Positions 50,190-55,875 of a stretch of DNA of 55,875 bases are shown here, one piece after another (position 1 is the stretch's first letter; the number at the start of each line of letters is the position of its first letter). Source of the DNA: an uncultured Nitrososphaerota archaeon. GTDB taxonomy: Archaea > Asgardarchaeota > Njordarchaeia > Njordarchaeales > Njordarchaeaceae. Under the pieces are notes generated by a model. The model was given only the letters and a program-made list of their open reading frames with translations, was not told the DNA's origin and ran no database searches. A program made the translations under genes and the position numbers. Where the stretch lies: assembly GCA_964518475.1 (NCBI GenBank), contig CAZFGR010000006.1, positions 23,355-79,229 on the forward strand. Reading direction: 5' to 3'.

Positions 50190-50207
50190 ACAAGCACCCA
50201 TAGAATA

Positions 50208-50244
50208 TCCTGAGATTTACATACATGAATTAAAAATCTCAGGA
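50208..50244. promoter_or_regulatory. 11-bp perfect inverted repeat upstream of the group 4 hydrogenase operon
   Basis: TCCTGAGATTT-N15-AAATCTCAGGA, lying between the TATA-like run at about 50277-50290 and the first gene. Confidence 0.5.
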
Positions 50245-50510
50245 AACGTGTATTCTAAAAATGCGCCTTATATTGTATATATATACTATATGAGATACTA
50301 TACATTTACATTCTTAGGAATATAGAGAATATAGGATTGTTTACCGCCGACAGAATGATAAAGAGTAGAGGCAGAAAATTATTAAAGCATCTACAAGCTA
50401 AAAACTCGGAATCTAAAGGGAGGTAAATCTATTGAGGAAATTTCTGAAGAAGTACTGAAAAAGTAAAGAGTAAGAAGCAATCATAAAAATTCTAAAAATC
50501 TTCTACGAAG

Positions 50511-50801
50511 TTACCCGTATCGGTAATGAACACCAAAGCCTCCTCTGGGATTGTTCCATTTAACAGCTCCTAGAGGACAGACTATTCTACATGATCCGCA
50601 CTCTAAACAACCTTCATAATTAAACATTATCTCTCCATTCTCTAGCTTATATAGGTTGGCTGGACAAGCATATATGCATGGTTTTCCTTCGCACTTTTTA
50701 CAGATCTCCTTGTCTACGATAATGTGCGGTTCCTTATCTATTTCGAAGTTTACTAGAGCTAGTCTTTCATCAATACTTAACTTCTTCTCAAGCGTGCTCA
50801 T
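50511..50801 (-). CDS. fixX: FixX-like ferredoxin
   Basis: C..C..KPC...CPA, CLECGSCR..CP and W..PRGG.GV.YRYG. Confidence 0.92.
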   Translation of the reverse strand: MSTLEKKLSIDERLALVNFEIDKEPHIIVDKEICKKCEGKPCIYACPANLYKLENGEIMFNYEGCLECGSCRIVCPLGAVKWNNPRGGFGVHYRYG

Positions 50802-52081
50802 AGGGATCTCACCGCCCCGATAACATCTTTTAGAATTGTTAATAGCGAAACTCTACCCTTCATTACCTTTCTTAGAGTAGGATACACTCTCTTAGGCTCT
50901 CCATCGATGCGATATATCTCTCGGAAGAAGCTGCATAGTATTTTTGGGTAATCAGAGTACAGTCTTTTGTTCCCGAGGAATTTCGGTGCTTTTCTAAAAG
51001 CTTTTAATTCTCTCAGAACAAAACTGTTTCTTAGCTTCTTTACGTATTCTCCTAAGGCTTCACTATCCTTTCTTCCTTTCTCGTGTGCTTCGATAATCGT
51101 CTCTGCGGCTAATTTTCCAGATTCCATAGCGAAGTCTACGCCTCTAACGGTGAATCCTGTGTTTAATTCAAAACCAGCAGCGTCTCCAACCACTAAATAT
51201 CCATTTCCATAAAGTTCTTTTTCGTCAGCAGCTCCTTTTTCGACTATTAAATGTGCTAAGTACTCTAGTAGATAGCCATCTTTCAGGAGAGGTTTTATCA
51301 TTGGGTGCATCCTTAGATCCTCTACTAGCTCATGCGAATATATTTTATTTCTTTGGAATTCATCCAATCTAACAACGACTCCTAACGTTACTTCGTTCCT
51401 CATAGTATACATGAATCCTCCGCCGATCATTCCCTTAGAGACTTCCCCTATTAGAAGGGCAGCAGTACCTTCTTCGGATGATTCTAAACCAAACCTCTGG
51501 TTAATTGCCTGTTCGTCAAGTCTAATCACTTCCTTTATTCCCAACGCCACTTCATGAGGCTCTGTTTTCTTCTTTAAACCAGCATTTTCTAAGAGAATAG
51601 AGTTTGCACCCTCCGCTACTATTGTATAGTCGGCCTCCATTTTTTCCCCATCAGCAATAACTCCCTTCACCGCACCATTTTCTACCAGTAGCGAATCCAC
51701 TCGAACCCCTGTAGCAATTAGGGCTCCTTCATTTTCTGCTTTGGTTCCTAACCACCTAACGAACTTTGTTAAATAAGCTGTGAAGCTATTCTTTAGTTCC
51801 TCGTCACTTTTGTGGAATTCAAGCGAGATCCCGTCTTTCCCGTCAAGAATCATTATTTTTTCCTTTCTTATCCACCGCTCTATGGGAGCCTCTTTTTCGA
51901 ATTCTGGAAAAAGTTTATAGAGAGCATGGGAGTATATTCGTCCTCCATATACGTTTTTAGCGCCTAGTTCTTTGCCTCGCTCTAATACTACGCAGTTCAA
52001 TCCAGCCTTTGCCAGGAAGTATGCTGCAGTTAATCCGCTGGGTCCGCCTCCAACGACTATTACATCGAATTTCTCTGACAA
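50798..52081 (-). CDS. fixC: FixC-like ETF:quinone oxidoreductase flavoprotein
   Basis: GGGPSG, ERG...GAKN..GG, GIKE, VGDAAG and RG.D.A..SG; start is a TTG. Confidence 0.9.
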   Translation of the reverse strand: MSEKFDVIVVGGGPSGLTAAYFLAKAGLNCVVLERGKELGAKNVYGGRIYSHALYKLFPEFEKEAPIERWIRKEKIMILDGKDGISLEFHKSDEELKNSFTAYLTKFVRWLGTKAENEGALIATGVRVDSLLVENGAVKGVIADGEKMEADYTIVAEGANSILLENAGLKKKTEPHEVALGIKEVIRLDEQAINQRFGLESSEEGTAALLIGEVSKGMIGGGFMYTMRNEVTLGVVVRLDEFQRNKIYSHELVEDLRMHPMIKPLLKDGYLLEYLAHLIVEKGAADEKELYGNGYLVVGDAAGFELNTGFTVRGVDFAMESGKLAAETIIEAHEKGRKDSEALGEYVKKLRNSFVLRELKAFRKAPKFLGNKRLYSDYPKILCSFFREIYRIDGEPKRVYPTLRKVMKGRVSLLTILKDVIGAVRSL

Positions 52082-52088
52082 TTATTTT

Positions 52089-53039
52089 TCACCCTTTAAG
52101 TTCTTTCAGCTTCTTTACCAATTCTGGAACTATCTGGTACGCGTCACCTACTATTCCATAATCGGCGAACTGGAATATTGGTGCGTCAGGATCCTTGTTT
52201 ATCGCAACGATAATTTTGGAGTCTCTAATCCCAGATGTGTGCTGTGGCTGCCCAGAGATTCCAACCGCTATGTATAGTTTCGGCCTAATAGGAACTCCTG
52301 AAATTCCTATCCATATGGGTGCCCAACCATAATCAGCTGCCAGTGGCCTAGTAACACCCCACGAACCTCCTAACACTTTAGCCAGTTCTTTTATCATTTC
52401 AAGATCTTCCTGCTTCCTTATACCCCTGCCCGCTCCGACTACTACCTCCGCATCTTCTAGTCTCATCTCTCCAGCCACTTCTTTTGGTTTGTACTCCTCT
52501 ACAACTACTTTTAGATCTTCCAAGATGATGTCTTTCTTAACGACTTCTCCACCACCGCTTTCCTCAACGGGCTTAAAAGCTCCTGGATTAACCGATATTA
52601 CTAGTGATTCACCGGTTGTTTCCTCCTCAGCAACTGCTCTTCCAGCGTACGTAACTCTCTTGTAGATTATCTTGTCTCCTCTTTTTTCGAACTCTATTAC
52701 ATCATTTATTGCGCCACATTCAAGTTTTCCACTAAGAATACCTGCTAATATTTTTCCTTTTATGTCAGATTCTAGAAGAATAATCTTAGCTCCTACCTCT
52801 TTAGCTATCTCTATTAAAACCCGAGCATAGGCCTCTGGGTTATATATCTCTAGCTCTGGCTTATCTACTAGATACACTTTTGAACCAGACAGCTTCGCCA
52901 CTTTTTCTGCTAATTCCTCAACTCCGTGCCCTATCACAGTAGCGATTAGATCGCCACCAATTAATTCTTGGAGAGCTTTACCCCCAGCTATAACTTGAGG
53001 ATATGTTTTTTCGCTAAAAGCATGGACTAGAATCGTCAT
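52089..53039 (-). CDS. etfA: Electron transfer flavoprotein alpha subunit (FixB)
   Basis: L.DAE.VVG.GRG, LY.AVGISGQ.QH and AINKD..APIF..ADYG. Confidence 0.93.
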   Translation of the reverse strand: MTILVHAFSEKTYPQVIAGGKALQELIGGDLIATVIGHGVEELAEKVAKLSGSKVYLVDKPELEIYNPEAYARVLIEIAKEVGAKIILLESDIKGKILAGILSGKLECGAINDVIEFEKRGDKIIYKRVTYAGRAVAEEETTGESLVISVNPGAFKPVEESGGGEVVKKDIILEDLKVVVEEYKPKEVAGEMRLEDAEVVVGAGRGIRKQEDLEMIKELAKVLGGSWGVTRPLAADYGWAPIWIGISGVPIRPKLYIAVGISGQPQHTSGIRDSKIIVAINKDPDAPIFQFADYGIVGDAYQIVPELVKKLKELKG

Positions 53040-53809
53040 AATACACCCTCCTCCTTCAACTTGTTAATCAAATTCTCAATAATTTCTGGAATCTTCGATG
53101 GATCGGAGGCATCCCAGATGACGTTTTTGCGTTTTTCTTCATACGCCTTAGTATCGGTGATTAATACTTTGGGAGTTTCTCCAGCTAGTCCCAAATCATC
53201 GATCTTGAGCTCGTTTATCGGTTTCTTCTTAGCCTTTAATATTTGTGGAAGCTTAGGAATTCTTGGCTCGTTAATTTCTAAAGAAACCGTAACAATTGCT
53301 GGCAACTTACTTCTCAGCTTATATGTCCCATCTCCCAAGTCACTCTCAACAACAACTTCTTGCTCACTTACTTCAATCTTCTTAGCCATTGGTAATAATG
53401 GGAGACCAAGCTCTCCGGAAAGCCTGGATCCCACCAAAGCTGTGAAACTATCCGTGGATATACCTCCCAGCAATACTAGGTCGAAAGGTCCCTTGGTCTT
53501 ATAGAATGCTGATAGTATCTTAGATACTATATAGGAATCATAGGCTTCAGGAGGAGTGATTAAGTAAGCATCGTCAGCGCCCATAGCGTAGGCTTCTGTG
53601 ATTATCTTTCGTGCCTCTTGGGGTCCAATACATACTACTGTTACAGCTCCTCCCAATTTTTCTTTTATTCGAAGGGCCTCCTCTAAAGCTCTCTTGCTTA
53701 ACTCCTCCATTTGCTTTGGCGTATCAGCTTCAAGGACCTTACGGGATCTGGGATCTATCACTAGATTCTCTACTTTTAATCCATATTTTATACCTACTAG
53801 AATCTTCAT
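53036..53809 (-). CDS. etfB: Electron transfer flavoprotein beta subunit (FixA)
   Basis: ALEEAL.IKE, AMGAD.A and NEPR.P....I..AKKK. Confidence 0.92.
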   Translation of the reverse strand: MKILVGIKYGLKVENLVIDPRSRKVLEADTPKQMEELSKRALEEALRIKEKLGGAVTVVCIGPQEARKIITEAYAMGADDAYLITPPEAYDSYIVSKILSAFYKTKGPFDLVLLGGISTDSFTALVGSRLSGELGLPLLPMAKKIEVSEQEVVVESDLGDGTYKLRSKLPAIVTVSLEINEPRIPKLPQILKAKKKPINELKIDDLGLAGETPKVLITDTKAYEEKRKNVIWDASDPSKIPEIIENLINKLKEEGVL

Positions 53810-53868
53810 ACCTAAAACCTCGCGGAAATCTTTCTTAAAGAGATGATGATAAAAAAGTAAAGAATAGG

Positions 53869-53927
53869 GAGCTCAGCCGATGCCCACTCGATCATCTATG
53901 TCTCATCGTAGTCCTATCATCATCGAG
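53869..53927 (-). ncRNA. Box C/D 2'-O-methylation guide sRNA (predicted 16S rRNA targets)
   Basis: Minus strand reads: C box ATGATGA (53923-53917), guide TAGGACTACG, D' ATGA, C' TAGATGA, guide CGAGTGGGCATCGG, D box CTGA (53876-53873). The guides are complementary to 16S-like GUAGUCCUA and CGAUGCCCACU. Confidence 0.8.
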
Positions 53928-54005
53928 GAATGAAAAGTATCGCAAAAATCCGCTTCTTTATAACTCTTTTAATGAGGAAGCCATGCATTAAACTTTTGCT
54001 ATTTA

Positions 54006-55232
54006 TTACTCCTTAACATATTCTCGTCCAATGATATCTCGCGCGATTATGTATCTCATTATGTTCTGCGCACCCTCCGCTCCTATTGTGTACGAGAACG
54101 TACCTAGCCATCCTCTATAGACATTTGATTCCTTAGTATAACCATAGGCACCAAGCCACTTTAGTACTTCTTCATAGATTCTAGTAGCTAGTTCTGGCGC
54201 CTTCATCTTAACTATTGCTACAGGAACATTTAGATCTTTTGGTTTCATTGAGGGATCCTTCTCCTTGTAAATCTTATCGGCCATCCAGGCTGCTTTATAG
54301 ACCATTAGTCGAACCATTTCGAGCTCGGCATAAAGTTCCGCAAACTTGAAGCTTATTCCTTGGAAGGATGATAAGTATCTGCCGAAAATCTTTTTCTCCC
54401 GGAAATGATCAATTGCCTGGTCAAGGGCCCATCTGGCGGAGCCTACGCATGCTGCAGCGACGAGAATTCTAGCTAGGTTAAATCCCTGCATTATTAGGTA
54501 GAATCCCTCGCCAACATTTCCTAATCGGTAGACATCTTCAACCTCGAAGTCCGTGAGCTTAAAACCGCCTGTTGATAATGCATGTCTACCAATATCCTCA
54601 TATATCGATGGTTCGAAACCTGGTTTAAGCTCTCCTTTCCATTTAGGAAGAACAGAAAAAGCTGTTAAGCCTCTATGACCTTCCTCTGGTTTCCCAGTCC
54701 TTGTTATTGTGAAGAATCCGCCTCCATATGGAAGTTCTTGAAGCTCTCTTACTCCACTTATGTAAACTTTCTCACCATTCAGTACCCATACATCTCCTTT
54801 CTTCTCCGCACGCATTCTAGTACCAGCAACATCACTTCCTCCGTGGGGCTCTGTAGATGCTATTCCGTAGAATGCTTCTCCACTAGCTACTCTTGGAATT
54901 ATTTCCTGTTTTGCCTCTTCCGTACCAAAAAGCTCCAGGGCATATGGCCAACCGTTGTTCAATAGAGTATATACAGCAAGCCCTACAGCTGGTTCGTGAT
55001 AAGCAACCTCTTCCACAGCAATAGTAGCCATTAGGTATGTTCCACCCATTCCTCCATAGGTGTCCGAACAGGGAATACAGAATAATCCTTGCTCACCCAT
55101 CTTTTTTATAAGTTCGATGGGGATCCTACCTTTTTCATCTAACTCTACCCATACGGGTTCTATGTGTCGCTTACAGAATTCTATAACACTCTCTCTAAAT
55201 AGTTCTTCCTCTTCAGAGAATTTGAAATCCAT
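54006..55232 (-). CDS. Acyl-CoA dehydrogenase
   Basis: TEP.GGSD, LNGEK.YISG, GEGF, R...A, FQ.I.F..A, G..GY and AEG catalytic Glu. Confidence 0.94.
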   Translation of the reverse strand: MDFKFSEEEELFRESVIEFCKRHIEPVWVELDEKGRIPIELIKKMGEQGLFCIPCSDTYGGMGGTYLMATIAVEEVAYHEPAVGLAVYTLLNNGWPYALELFGTEEAKQEIIPRVASGEAFYGIASTEPHGGSDVAGTRMRAEKKGDVWVLNGEKVYISGVRELQELPYGGGFFTITRTGKPEEGHRGLTAFSVLPKWKGELKPGFEPSIYEDIGRHALSTGGFKLTDFEVEDVYRLGNVGEGFYLIMQGFNLARILVAAACVGSARWALDQAIDHFREKKIFGRYLSSFQGISFKFAELYAELEMVRLMVYKAAWMADKIYKEKDPSMKPKDLNVPVAIVKMKAPELATRIYEEVLKWLGAYGYTKESNVYRGWLGTFSYTIGAEGAQNIMRYIIARDIIGREYVKE

Positions 55233-55359
55233 ACCAATTCCCCTTTTAATATATGAGCAGAGAAGGAAATACTAATTGTTATATAGTAAAGACGATGTAT
55301 ATACTCGATTCTAACATGTACTATCCATTAAACAAGAAAAATATGTTGAAAATACAGGG

Positions 55360-55875
55360 GGCTTTGTTTCAAATTTATCTCTTTTCTTAGCCTAGTTCTT
55401 GCCAATTAGCGTCTTTCTCGTGACTTTGTGGTGGGGGCGCCTTTATAGGTATTATAGCCGTATTACTTGCGACCACATCGGAAAAAGGGCGCCCCCGATG
55501 AAGATATGTTGGCTCGGCAGGTTTATAATTGTTAAGGCTATTTATAAACTGGCTAGGAGAAGTCTGCTTAGGCAGAGAAAGAGGAGAGGGCCGAAGAGAT
55601 ATGCCACAGCCTCCAAAGTAGCTGTTTTGGCATGGGTAGTCCTCAGCAACTAGAGCTATAGGCGAGCACTGGACGATCTCAAAAGACTCAACGTATGCGC
55701 GAGGATTGGTCTGGAAAGAGTGCCAAGCCCAGCCTCGGTGAGTAGGTGGAAGAGGAACCTTCTGGCAACAGTAGCCTTGTTGATAAGGCTCACCTTCTAC
55801 AGACTGGCAAGGACGAGGTATCGCGGAAAACTCCTAGCAATCGTGGACGGGACCGGTATCAGGCTCGGGAGGGCG
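55360..55875 (+). mobile_element. IS5-family (IS903-like) insertion sequence, left part, truncated by the window edge
   Basis: Starts with GGCTTTGTTTCAAATT, resembling the IS903 IR GGCTTTGTTG; GC content visibly rises; a DDE transposase fragment follows. Confidence 0.65.
55498..55875 (+). pseudogene. DDE transposase N-terminal part interrupted by an in-frame TAG (55651-55653)
   Basis: Reading through the stop gives ..SN*SYRRALDDL...VPSPASVSRW...LLAIVDGTGIRLGRA, with the IS5-type SYR, P..S..SR and IVD.TG (first catalytic Asp) motifs. Confidence 0.72.

Noticed and set aside
55651-55653. Pyrrolysine read-through of the TAG in the transposase
   Set aside because: No pyl genes are in the window and TAG serves as a normal stop for many genes here; a nonsense mutation is the simpler explanation.
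1-55875. CRISPR arrays, tRNA/rRNA genes, prophage or defence genes
   Set aside because: No regularly spaced direct repeats, cloverleaf/T-loop signatures or hallmark proteins were seen by eye; tRNAscan/Infernal were not run.

Overview
A gene-dense, AT-rich archaeal window. Evidence for this is a class I CCA-adding enzyme, a histone-fold protein, a box C/D sRNA, GGTGA-type SD motifs and TATA-like promoters. The charged and Ile/Val-rich proteins, tungsten AOR and O2-sensitive enzymes suggest an anaerobic thermophile (inference). The window is dominated by energy and redox metabolism: (i) an AOR operon; (ii) a SufS-like/Trx-like/IscS/IscU Fe-S operon; (iii) a 9-gene hdrA-mvhDGA-protease-hdrCB operon that continues into a soluble FrdB/FrdA-like pair; (iv) a four-subunit dye-linked proline dehydrogenase-like operon; (v) an unusual dsrE-tusA-mvhD'-hdrA'-hdrA''-wHTH-qmoC-like operon with no aprAB or hdrB; (vi) an 11-gene complex-I-like group 4 [NiFe] hydrogenase; (vii) an acyl-CoA dehydrogenase with EtfBA/FixCX. 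Outside the ORF track there is a dual-guide box C/D sRNA predicted to target 16S rRNA, several palindromes, and an IS5-family (IS903-like) element with an in-frame TAG that runs off the right edge. The best candidates for an undescribed system are the sulfur-relay/Qmo-like operon and the hydrogenase-Hdr-fumarate reductase-like operon. All family assignments come from recognising motifs by eye; no database searches were run.
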